From Candidatus Eiseniibacteriota bacterium (lineage in GTDB: Bacteria; Eisenbacteria; RBG-16-71-46; CAIMUX01; VGJL01): a DNA stretch of 64,000 nt. The DNA lies in NCBI GenBank assembly GCA_041946735.1, contig JBHGAY010000022.1, positions 29,400 to 93,399 on the forward strand, given 5' to 3'. The notes beneath the pieces were generated by a model, which was not told the origin of the DNA, ran no database searches, and was given only the letters and a program-made list of their open reading frames with translations. Shown here piece by piece: positions 9,907 through 20,527 of the stretch (position 1 is its first letter; the number at the start of each line of letters is the position of its first letter). The position numbers and the translations under genes are program-made.

Positions 9907-10200
9907 GACGCGTGAACTGCTGATTCGGACCGCGTCGAATCGGGAGTCGACGCGTCGATGTTGCACTCGCCCGGCGCCGGTCGTCGCTTCGACGCGTCGA
10001 TGCTCCCCCCGCCCCGTCGCCGGTGTCGCCCCGTGTCGCCTTGTGTCGCCGATTGTGTCGCCGGAGACGTTTCGGACGCTTCGATGTCGTCTGCGACCGC
10101 CGCCGGAAGCCGCTCCGACGCGTCGATGCCGCATTCGCCCGGCGCAAGTTCTTCTTCTGACGCGTTGTCGGAATTCGGACGATCGCCGGCGGCGAGCCGC
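9907..10200. repeat. Degenerate 42-bp tandem array with palindromic GACGCGTC core
   Basis: GACGC(G/T)T cores at 9907, 9949, 9991, 10075, 10117 and 10159, at exact multiples of 42; the unit at 10033 is replaced by GTGTCGCC micro-repeats. Confidence 0.75.
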
Positions 10201-10573
10201 GCGAACGTCGAACGCTCGACGATAAAAACGCGTCGCCATGCCATTCCGCAGCCGTCGGATGCAGCACCGGCGCTTCCGCGGGCCGTCCGACGACCGTCGA
10301 AAGCGGACACAAGAAGTTCTTCTCGTATCCACCCACCGTCGCGCGCAGCACTGACGCATCCGTCCCGCCCTCGACGCGCTCCCGTCGCAGCTCCGACGCG
10401 TCTCGGCATCGTTCTGGCGATGGCGTGTCCAGCGGGGGTGGGTGGATGCGGCGTTCGACCGTCGCAGGACGATGATTCCGAACGTCGATGCTGCGTCCTC
10501 CCGGATTCGGAAGCCCAGAGGACCGAAACAGGACCGGCTCGCCCGGTCCCCAGGAGGAAAGGAGGAGCAGGGG

Positions 10574-11341
10574 ATGCGATTCCCCGATCCCACGATCAGT
10601 CCCGAACGGATGCTGTACGTCTTCGGGGGCTACCACCTGAACCGGCTGCGCGCGGACGAGGAGACCGTCGATCTCGCCAACGCGTTCGGCCAGGCCCAGG
10701 ATGCGCTCCGCATCCGTCTCGATGAGCACCGGGAGGCCGAGGCCGCGACGATGACCGCCCTGGCGGTCCGCGACTCGAAGGACGACAAGCTCGACGATGC
10801 CGTCCGGGTCTGCTGCTTCAAGGTGCTCGAGAAGGTGCTCAACAACCGCAAGGACGCGCGCTTCCTGAACCTCTTCCCCGGCGGCATGACGCCGATGATC
10901 ACCGAGGCGCCGGAGGACGAGGTCCGCGAGGTGTTGCTCCTGGCGGCGAAGCTCGACAAGGAGACCGACGTCGAGCTTCACGCCCAGGCGGCCCCTCTGC
11001 GGGCGGGAGCCGAGGCGCTCCGCCAGGCGATCTCGGACTACAACGGGATCGCCGACCGGGAGGCGCTCGCCCTGAGCGCCCTCCAGGACGAGAAGCGCAA
11101 GTGGATCGACGCTTACGCCTACAGCTACCGCCAGCTCCAACTCCGCTTCTACCAGGACCCGAAGAAGGCCGAGCGCTACTTCCGCCCGGCGCGGAAGGTC
11201 AGCAGGGGCGGGGCGGAGGAGGAGGGGGAGTCGGTGACGGAGGTGCCGGAGCAGGAAGCGGCGGTGAAGGCGGTAGCGGGTGCGGCGAGCGCGAGCGCTA
11301 GCGCTGCTGCAACGCAGGCGCTGAATGTGGAGGAGGTGTAG
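10574..11341 (+). CDS. Hypothetical all-alpha-helical protein
   Basis: GGAGGAG RBS before ATG 10574; strong GC3 codon bias; amphipathic helices, a LFPGG turn and an acidic/Ala-rich tail. Confidence 0.8.
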   Translation: MRFPDPTISPERMLYVFGGYHLNRLRADEETVDLANAFGQAQDALRIRLDEHREAEAATMTALAVRDSKDDKLDDAVRVCCFKVLEKVLNNRKDARFLNLFPGGMTPMITEAPEDEVREVLLLAAKLDKETDVELHAQAAPLRAGAEALRQAISDYNGIADREALALSALQDEKRKWIDAYAYSYRQLQLRFYQDPKKAERYFRPARKVSRGGAEEEGESVTEVPEQEAAVKAVAGAASASASAAATQALNVEEV

Positions 11342-11598
11342 GCGCGCGAGGCCGGACTGCCCAGCGCGGAAAGACCTGAGTCCAGGAGTCCAGGAACCAA
11401 GGCGCGGCCGGGCTGACCCCCACCCGGCCACGCCGCTGTTCTGCCTGCTAACGGGCACGCGATTGCCCCGCACGTCGGCAGTTCCCCGTCTCCGACCGTT
11501 GGGTGGCGTCGAGCGAGGAAGCGGAGAAGGGTCGGAGGTGCGATCGAGGAGATCCATCCATGTTAGGATCGCTCTATGCCAACCACGGGAGAGAGAGC

Positions 11599-11823
11599 AT
11601 GACCCTATCTCGTATCACAACAGACGCGGATGTCTGCGGCGGGAAGCCGTGCATACGCGGTCTTCGGTTCCCGGTCTCTCGTCTTCTCGGTCTCCTCGCT
11701 GCCGGGGAAAGCGAGGAGTCAATCCTCCGTGACTACCCGTATCTGGAGAGGGAGGACATTCGCGAGGCATTGAACTACGCCTCGCTCCTCGCAGACGACC
11801 GGGTGATCGATCTAGCTACGTGA
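11599..11823 (+). CDS. DUF433 family antitoxin (VapB45-like)
   Basis: RITTDADVCGGKPCIRGLRFPV...EESILRDYPYLEREDIREAL signature. Confidence 0.9.
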   Translation: MTLSRITTDADVCGGKPCIRGLRFPVSRLLGLLAAGESEESILRDYPYLEREDIREALNYASLLADDRVIDLAT

Positions 11824-12177
11824 GATTCCGCCTCGACATGCCGGTGTCGCCCGGACTGGCCCGATCGCGGTCATGATGTAGTCCACGCGGGGGATATCGG
11901 GCTCGACCGAGCCCCGGATCGCATGATTCTGCAGCGGGCTCACGACGAGCACCGAATCGTAATCACGGCGGACCTCGATTATCCGCGACTTCTGGTCCTG
12001 AGCCTCGCGGTAGGCCCCGGCCTCATCTTGTTCCGAGGTGGGAACTATTCCGAGCGAGAGATGGAGAGCCTCCTGGAGCGAGTGCTCGAATCCGTGACGT
12101 CGAAGGAGCTCACAGAATCCGTCTGCGTTGTGGACAAGCATCGGATCCGCATCACAAAGCTACCGGTGCAGCCCTAG
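11820..12177 (+). pseudogene. DUF5615 PIN-like toxin (VapC45-like), frameshifted near codon 15
   Basis: GTG 11820 overlaps the antitoxin stop and gives MRFRLDMPVSPGLA then stops; the next frame continues DRGHDVVHAGDIGL..ILQRAHDEHRIVITADLDY. Confidence 0.8.
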
Positions 12178-12677
12178 GCATCGGCATCCGGGGAACTGTC
12201 TCCTCCGGGTGAATCCGCTGGACGCCGCAGGTCGGCGAGTGCGATTCCCGACGAACTGGCACTGCCCCAGACCGGGTGACGTTTGACCCCCGAGCCGCTC
12301 GTCGTCATAGAGGAGGACGACGGCGTCGAGCGTCGAGTGGCGGCGCGTGTCGCGGATCGCGATTCCGGCGCGGTCGATGTGGGCGAGGTGGTGCGGCGGC
12401 CGGGCGAGGCCCGTCCAGCATACCCAGTCGGGGGGTGACAGGCGTTGACGCCCCTTGCACAGGGCAAGTATGTGCGGCGGGCGAGGATAAGTGCTTGAGC
12501 CACGTCGCGCGGTCCGATACTCTGGTCCCGCCCATCTGAGCGAAAGCGGACGAATCGGGCCGATGTCGGAACCGAGGGGCAGTGCCAGGTCGATCCGTCC
12601 GCGAGTACGGAGACCGATGACCGCGATCGGAACGAGCATCACGCGATCGAATGGTGGCGGCGGGAAGGGAACGGACT

Positions 12678-13616
12678 ATGGCGCTGGCGACTGACAGCCC
12701 GTCGGCCGCCGATGCCCGAGTTCGAATCGAGGCCTTCCGGTGGCTGCGCGAGCAGGTTGCCGCGCTTGGCGATGTTCTCCCGCTCGACCTCCTACGGAGG
12801 GGCTTCACGCTCGACGGCGCCCGGGTCCCGCTCGTCGGTCCCCAGGGCATCTTCAAGCCCGCCGTTCTGCCCGAGCTTCCGTTGTCCATCACGACCGTCT
12901 TGAACGGGCCTTACGCCGACAGCTTCACGCCGGAGGGTCTCATCCGCTACCGCTATCGGGGAACGGATCCTAGTCATCACGAGAACGTGGGGCTTCGCAA
13001 AGCGATGGCCCGCCGCACACCGTTGATCTACTTCCACGGGGTCGCCACCGGAAGGTACTTGGCCGTTTGGCCCGTGTTCATCGTCGGCGACGATCCTGCA
13101 GCTCTGTCGTTCACGGTCGCCGTCGACGACGAGCAGATCGCCGAGGAGTCGGCCAGGGACGCCGATGGGCTCGCCGCGTCCGTGCAGGAGACGGAGGGGC
13201 GCCGGCTTTACATCACCACCTCAGTCAAGGTCCGCCTGCATCAGCGCGGCTTCCGGGAACGCGTGTTGCGCGCCTACCGGGAGCAGTGCGCTCTGTGCCG
13301 GCTCCGGCATCGCGAACTGCTCGACGCCGCCCACATTATCGGGGACTCGGAAGCCTCGGGCGATCCGGTCGTGCCCAACGGGCTGTCATTGTGCAAGATC
13401 CATCACGCGGCATTCGATGGCCTGTTCATCGGAATCCGGCCGGACTACGTGGTCGAGGTGCATCCCAGGATTCTGGGCGAATCCGATGGCCCGATGCTGC
13501 GGCATGGCCTGCAGGGATTGCACGGGTCGAAGATCCTCCTGCCGTCCCAGCGCGCGAACTACCCGGACCGCGACCGGCTGGAGGAACGACATAGACGATT
13601 CCGAAGCGCCGCGTGA
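12678..13616 (+). CDS. HNH endonuclease with N-terminal SRA-like domain (putative modification-dependent restriction enzyme)
   Basis: FRERVLRAYREQCALC..LDAAHII..NGLSLCKIHHAAFD HNH domain; YRYRG..N.GLR.AM...PLIYF segment resembles SRA. Confidence 0.8.
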   Translation: MALATDSPSAADARVRIEAFRWLREQVAALGDVLPLDLLRRGFTLDGARVPLVGPQGIFKPAVLPELPLSITTVLNGPYADSFTPEGLIRYRYRGTDPSHHENVGLRKAMARRTPLIYFHGVATGRYLAVWPVFIVGDDPAALSFTVAVDDEQIAEESARDADGLAASVQETEGRRLYITTSVKVRLHQRGFRERVLRAYREQCALCRLRHRELLDAAHIIGDSEASGDPVVPNGLSLCKIHHAAFDGLFIGIRPDYVVEVHPRILGESDGPMLRHGLQGLHGSKILLPSQRANYPDRDRLEERHRRFRSAA

Positions 13617-13724
13617 TCGCAAGGGCGTCGAGGTGAGGAGGGGCGCATGAAGTACGAGGTCGCCTATCGGAAGCCGAGGCAGCGGTTGGGGCGAGCGGAT
13701 TGGCCTTCAAGGTGAAGCAGAGCA

Positions 13725-13917
13725 ACTGGCGTCATGCCAATCCGTGAAGGTGCTACCAGTGAACCCGGAGTTCGAGCCGATGGAATTCTCTAGCGAAGAC
13801 GAGGGCCGGCTGGAAGTTGTCGCCGAATGCGTGGAGGTGTTGAGAGGCACGCCGGGCATAAGGATCGCCCAGCATCGGGAGGCACGTACGGGCATTCGAA
13901 GCATGGGACTCGACTGA
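13725..13917 (+). pseudogene. C-terminal remnant of an S24/LexA-peptidase-like domain protein
   Basis: WRH then frameshift to VKVLPVNPEFEPMEFSSEDEGRLEVVAECVEVL; no N-terminus present. Confidence 0.45.
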
Positions 13918-14861
13918 TGAGAGCCTTTCTCGCCGTCACCGACAACGACTGGTTCCGCTTTCTGCGTGCCCAGCCAGGGATTGACGAGGTCAACTTCTGG
14001 CAGCCGAGCGGCGGCACAGCGTTCCGGGCACTCCAGACCGGGCAGCCGTTTCTCTTCAAGCTGCACCACCCCGAGAACTTTGTTGTTGGTGGCGGATTCT
14101 TCGCCCACTTCTCGCTTCTGCCCGCAAGACTGGCGTGGGAAGCGTTCGGGATCAAGAACGGCGCGGCGGAGCTCGGGGAGATGTGGCGACGGATCGCCAA
14201 GTACCGGCACCGCGTGCTGGACGAGCGGGACCAGCAGATCGTCGGCTGCATCATTCTCGTGGATCCATTCTTCCTCGACGATCGGGACTGGATCCCGGTG
14301 CCCAAGGACTTCAGTCCGAACATCGTCCGCGGGAAAGGCTATGACCTGTCCCGTTCTCCGGGCCGCGAACTTTGGAGTCAGGTCCTCGCCGCACGCGCAG
14401 CCTCGATGTCCGTTCAGCGGTCGCGGGTGGCTGACAAACAGCTGCTGCTTTCCGACAGCCCTATGTTCAGCGAGCCGGTTCCGGTTCGCCGTCGGCTCGG
14501 CCAAGGATCGTTCCGCGTCGTGATCACCGACCTCTACCGCCGCAAGTGCGCGGTGACGGGGGAGAGGGCTCTCCCAACCCTTGAGGCGGCGCACATCCGC
14601 CCGGTCACGCGGGACGGCCGTCACTTGACGAGCAACGGGCTGCTACTTCGCTCCGACGTCCACCGGCTGTTCGACGACGGCTACGTCACGGTCGACCGTG
14701 ACCTCCGCTTCCGCGTCAGCTCCCGGCTCAAGAAGGACTTCGACAACGGGGAGGAGTACCGCCGATATGCCGGTCAGCTGCTCTGGGTGCCGACCTCGGC
14801 CGAGGACCGGCCGGACCCAATGCTGCTGGAGTGGCACGCAGACACAGTGTTTCGGAAGTAA
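13917..14861 (+). CDS. HNH endonuclease (COG3440-like putative restriction endonuclease) with PUA/EVE-like N-terminus
   Basis: AVTDNDWF..EVNFWQP..F..L..G.PFLFK N-terminus; RLGQGSFR..Y..KCAVTG..LEAAHIRP..NGLLLRSDVHRLFD. Confidence 0.85.
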   Translation: MRAFLAVTDNDWFRFLRAQPGIDEVNFWQPSGGTAFRALQTGQPFLFKLHHPENFVVGGGFFAHFSLLPARLAWEAFGIKNGAAELGEMWRRIAKYRHRVLDERDQQIVGCIILVDPFFLDDRDWIPVPKDFSPNIVRGKGYDLSRSPGRELWSQVLAARAASMSVQRSRVADKQLLLSDSPMFSEPVPVRRRLGQGSFRVVITDLYRRKCAVTGERALPTLEAAHIRPVTRDGRHLTSNGLLLRSDVHRLFDDGYVTVDRDLRFRVSSRLKKDFDNGEEYRRYAGQLLWVPTSAEDRPDPMLLEWHADTVFRK

Positions 14862-14898
14862 CCAGCCAGCGCCGGGAATCTCCGTGGGGGGACCCGAG

Positions 14899-15545
14899 AT
14901 GATCGATCAAAGGGTAGCAGACCGCATCGGGAAGGTCGGCGACGAGCTCTCCGCGAAAGGCGAACTCCTCGCTTCGGCTCAGCTGGTGCGATATTGCGTA
15001 ACTTTTCGATCCCGATTTGGTCCCGAGGTTCTCGCGGGTCTCGACGGCGAGAAGCTCCTCGAGACGATGCACGACAACCTCAACCGGGACAGCTTGGTCT
15101 ACTGGCTAGAGTTCAAGAACGGCGATGAGTTCCCTGCCCGCTCATTCCGCGGCATTGCGGGCGGCAGCGCCCTCGAGTTCGGGATCTATGGGCGCAGGAA
15201 GTCGGGCGCCTGGATGACGGGGAGCCCGCAGAAACAGGAGGAGATCCCGCTCGACCAGGCGATCGAGATCGCGCGCCAGCATCCACACGAGTTCCGGCAG
15301 GGTGCGGAGCTGCTGGCGGCCTTGCCGCGTCACGCGTCGGACGGGGACTATCGCGAGCTCCAGAAGAAAGATGGACAGAGTAGCGCCCTCCGTGAGCGAC
15401 TCGGCGTGGGGGCACAAGTTTCGGCGTCCTCTTCCCCGACAAACTCGACGACCATCATGCCCCGAGCACCAGAGGTTCCACCTCATCGAGCTTTTGCAGG
15501 TACCGCCTGGTCAGGGACGGTACTTGGCCGGAGGCCGCCCCGAAG
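14899..15545 (+). pseudogene. N-terminal fragment of an McrB-like protein, frameshifted and truncated
   Basis: FRSRFGPE.L..LDGE.LL.TMH...DSLVYWLEFKN..IAGGSA..FG; continues in other frames as AWGHK, FPDKLDDHH and QRFHLIELLQVPP; no AAA+ domain. Confidence 0.6.
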
Positions 15546-15557
15546 CAGGATCTCTGA

Positions 15558-16658
15558 ATGAGCCGCGTGCACCTGAAACGCTTGGAGCGTAGGAAGATCG
15601 GAGGCTTCGGTGACGAGATGAAGCTCTCGGTCCCGTTACCGAAGACCCCAAAGGGCATGATCCATCAGCGGTGTCCCTCGGAGTCGTGCAGACCGCGGCT
15701 TTTCGAGTTGGGGAACGGGGCGCCTGACCGATGCATCGCGCACGGGAATCAGCATCTCGTTCGACGACAGATCGGTACGCCAGGTATCACCTGCCCTTAC
15801 TGCGGTGGGGACGCTCCCGATGACGAGTACATCTGCGAAGAGGATGTTCGCTACGCCCGGGAGCTCATCGGCTGGGAAGCTGGCAGGGACATGCAGGACT
15901 TCATGGCCGAGGAGGCCAGGAGGTTCAACCAAGAAGGAGACTTCGGTCTCTTCAAGGTTCGCATGGAGGTCAAGGGCAACAACCGTCGCCGCCCGGTTGC
16001 CTGGCGTGAGGATTTGCTGCGCGATCTGACGTGCGACATCTGCGGACGACGATACGGTGTCTTTGCGATCGGTCTCTTCTGCCCCGATTGCGGAGCCCGC
16101 AACGTCCACGTCCATTTCGCGCGGGAGATCGAGCTGGTTGAGCGGCAACTTGCTCTCGCGCAGGAGAAGAGGCAGACGGACGAGGAGCTTGCCTACCGGC
16201 TGCTGGCCAACGCCCATGAGGATGTGTTGACTGCATTCGAGACCCACCTCAAGACGATCTACCGGTTCCTTTGTCCCCGTCGGCTTGCTACTGACGTCGC
16301 CGCCGAGAAGTGCCGCAATCTGCGGAACAGGTTCCAGAATGAGAAGAAGGCCGAGAACCGGTTCAAGGATCTGAGCATCGATCTCTTTGCGGCATTGAGC
16401 GAGGACGAGCGCGGGAAACTCTCGGCGAACATTCGGAAGCGCCACATCGTCGGACACAACCTCGGAATCGAGGACGATGAGGACGTCGAAACGAGGAACG
16501 CCGGCACGGTCGTCTCCCTCCTTGTGGAGGACGTCCGAGGATTCGTCGCGATCTGCAAAAAGGTCATCATCTCGCTTGAGGAGCAGCTTCCCGAGTTGCT
16601 CCCTCCGTCAAATCAGGAACCTGAACCACCACAGGAAGGTGAGTCGATCGGGAGGTGA
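15558..16658 (+). CDS. Hypothetical protein with CxxC zinc-finger motifs and C-terminal HEPN-like Rx4H motif
   Basis: CPSESC, CPYCG, CDICG and CPDCG motifs; helical C-terminal half with R-HIVG-H-N. Confidence 0.7.
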   Translation: MSRVHLKRLERRKIGGFGDEMKLSVPLPKTPKGMIHQRCPSESCRPRLFELGNGAPDRCIAHGNQHLVRRQIGTPGITCPYCGGDAPDDEYICEEDVRYARELIGWEAGRDMQDFMAEEARRFNQEGDFGLFKVRMEVKGNNRRRPVAWREDLLRDLTCDICGRRYGVFAIGLFCPDCGARNVHVHFAREIELVERQLALAQEKRQTDEELAYRLLANAHEDVLTAFETHLKTIYRFLCPRRLATDVAAEKCRNLRNRFQNEKKAENRFKDLSIDLFAALSEDERGKLSANIRKRHIVGHNLGIEDDEDVETRNAGTVVSLLVEDVRGFVAICKKVIISLEEQLPELLPPSNQEPEPPQEGESIGR

Positions 16659-16661
16659 CTC

Positions 16662-17342
16662 TTGGCCCGCGTCCGGAAGATCCAGCGCAACCCTTCCTCG
16701 GGGATGAACCACTTCGTCGTCGATGCAAACTTCTTGGCGAACAAGTTCGTCCCGGGATCATCGGCCCCGGACGCCCATCAAAAGATACGCATCGAGCGGT
16801 GTTGCGAATGGTGGGAGGAAATCGACGCGCAGGTCGGACATAAGCGGGCGCGGGTCTATGCTCCTGACATCTGCGTAGCCGAAGCTTTCAAGGTCCTTGC
16901 CAAGAAGTACTACGAGGAGCAGTGGTTCAAGACGGCGGTCACGTTCAACAACGCTCGCCTTCGTCTCCGTAAGTTCATCACTACTCCGACGAGGACGCTC
17001 CGAGCCGCGCGGCGGCATATCAAGTTCCACGACATCTCGACCACGAGAGACATCATCATCTCCGTCGATCGTTTCTATGAAGCGTTCCACAAGCACAAGA
17101 AGAAGGTCCAACTCCCCGATTTGATTGTCGTCGCGACGGCGAAGTACCTGCTCGACTTCTACGACGTCCCGAAGCAGCAGCTCCATATCGTCACGCTCGA
17201 TCGTGCGCTCCGGGAGGGATCCAAGTTCATCCAGGAACTCCCCAACGCCTACGATCCGACGGAGCCGTCGGACTCCAAGGACATAGTGTTCACCGGGGAC
17301 GTCTTCAGACCGCGACGGCGGAAGCGTCGCAAGAAGCCATAG
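16662..17342 (+). CDS. PIN-domain protein
   Basis: GGAGG RBS before TTG 16662; FVVDANFL, PDICVAE, LPDLIVVATA and IVTLDRAL acidic PIN motifs. Confidence 0.75.
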   Translation: MARVRKIQRNPSSGMNHFVVDANFLANKFVPGSSAPDAHQKIRIERCCEWWEEIDAQVGHKRARVYAPDICVAEAFKVLAKKYYEEQWFKTAVTFNNARLRLRKFITTPTRTLRAARRHIKFHDISTTRDIIISVDRFYEAFHKHKKKVQLPDLIVVATAKYLLDFYDVPKQQLHIVTLDRALREGSKFIQELPNAYDPTEPSDSKDIVFTGDVFRPRRRKRRKKP

Positions 17343-17741
17343 TACAGATCCTGAACCAAGCAACGACAGGCGCGCGTTTCTGAATCGGCGGAGTAGCGAG
17401 GTGGGTTGCCACCGACTTGTGGATAGCTCGTCACCCCAGCGGGTAAGGTGCGTGGAACGCCTTTCCTCAAGAAGGGATGCGTCCAGCCGCCTAGCGGGCC
17501 TGCACCTCGCTCACGCCAGCCCACCCTGCTTTCCCCCTGTACCAGTGGGTTGACGACCTACCGGCGAAACCGGGGTGGGCTGCCGTTCGCACCTCACGGG
17601 CGGCAGCCGACCAAGAGCGTGCGCAACCTAAGTCAGTAGCCGTGACAGCGGAACACCCCTAGGCAATCCCCGGGTAGGTTCCGGTTGACACTCCCCGCAG
17701 CCGTATGGAAGCCTTCGGTTTCGACCAGTTGTCGGGTGCGC

Positions 17742-17831
17742 GGAGAGATGGCCGAGTGGTTGAAGGCGGCGGTCTCGAAAACCGCTGTGGGGGTAACCCC
17801 ACCGGGGGTTCGAATCCCTCTCTCTCCGCCA
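17742..17831 (+). tRNA. tRNA-Ser(CGA)
   Basis: Acceptor stem GGAGAGA/TCTCTCC; anticodon arm gcggt-ctCGAaa-accgc; long variable arm; GGTTCGAATCC; CCA encoded. Confidence 0.97.
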
Positions 17832-18017
17832 GTTCCTATGCGGCGGGCGCTCGAGCCCGCCGAATTGCGTCCGGCCGTGTAGTCCGAGTCCGTGGGCAAT
17901 GAGGGGCATCATTCGCGCCGCGAGCCCGTCCCGATCACCGGGGCCGGCGGTCCCATAGAAGACCAGAGGTCCGGGCCGAGCATCTGCGCCCCCCGAACCA
18001 CCCCGAAAAAGATGCGG

Positions 18018-18046
18018 TTGAGGCAGGATGGGGCGGCCCCTATACT
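18018..18046 (+). promoter_or_regulatory. sigma70 promoter TTGAGG-N17-TATACT for the tRNA-Ser/tRNA-Ala/SRP cluster
   Basis: Near-consensus boxes about 40 nt before the tRNA. Confidence 0.6.
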
Positions 18047-18087
18047 CGCGATTCGATCGCGGTTCGACCGCGGTTGGCAGCCACGGC

Positions 18088-18178
18088 GGAGAGATGTCCG
18101 AGTGGTTGAAGGAGCACGCCTGGAGAGCGTGTAGGCGTGAATAACGCCTCCAGGGTTCGAATCCCTGTCTCTCCGCCA
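18088..18178 (+). tRNA. tRNA-Ser(GGA)
   Basis: Anticodon arm cacgc-ctGGAga-gcgtg; long variable arm; CCA encoded. Confidence 0.97.
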
Positions 18179-18243
18179 GAAAATCAAGAGGGAGCGGGTC
18201 GGCGCGACCACGAACGCGCGATCAGCGGACCTCAGGTCCATTT

Positions 18244-18316
18244 GGGGATGTAGCTCAGCTGGGAGAGCACCTCGTTCGCAACGAGGGGGTCGGCGGTTCG
18301 AATCCGCTCATCTCCA
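18244..18316 (+). tRNA. tRNA-Ala(CGC)
   Basis: GGGGATG/CATCTCC stem with G3:U70; cctcg-ttCGCaa-cgagg; CCA not encoded. Confidence 0.95.
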
Positions 18317-18349
18317 CATTTTTTTCGTCCTTCTTTCTGTCCTTGGGTC

Positions 18350-18621
<272 letters not shown>

Positions 18622-18734
18622 GGCCCGAGGGCAGAGACTTAGGGCGGACGGAGTGCGGACTGAGTTATTGAGGAGTCGAGGGAGACGCGGGGCGGACGAG
18701 CAAGAGACGAGCAAGAAGGGACCGATCCTCGATC

Positions 18735-20465
<1,731 letters not shown>

Positions 20466-20527
20466 AGGCCGCCGAGAGGCTGGCGGGCAGGCAGCGAGCA
20501 GGGCAGCACCAGGGACAGGGAGGATCG

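Noticed and set aside
9907..10500. CRISPR array
   Set aside because: The conserved core is only 8-12 bp, the intervening sequences resemble one another, and there are no cas genes.
9662..11557. 631-aa minus-strand ORF and the other long antisense or alternate-frame ORFs (19-1377, 39069-41846, 48157-52218)
   Set aside because: Shadow ORFs of high-GC genes, Arg/Pro/Ala-rich with no motifs. Only the TonB part (39069-39770) is credible.
12160..12642. Possible gene or remnant on the minus strand (HIDRAGIAIRD..VVLLYDDE)
   Set aside because: A short protein-like patch only; no family, start or RBS that I can support.
17418..17426. DnaA-box-like TGTGGATAG / replication origin
   Set aside because: Single 8/9 match with no box cluster, AT-rich unwinding element or dnaA.
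9700..17831. Integrative element inserted at tRNA-Ser
   Set aside because: No integrase, no duplicated tRNA 3' end seen, and the island lies on the 5' side of the tRNA.
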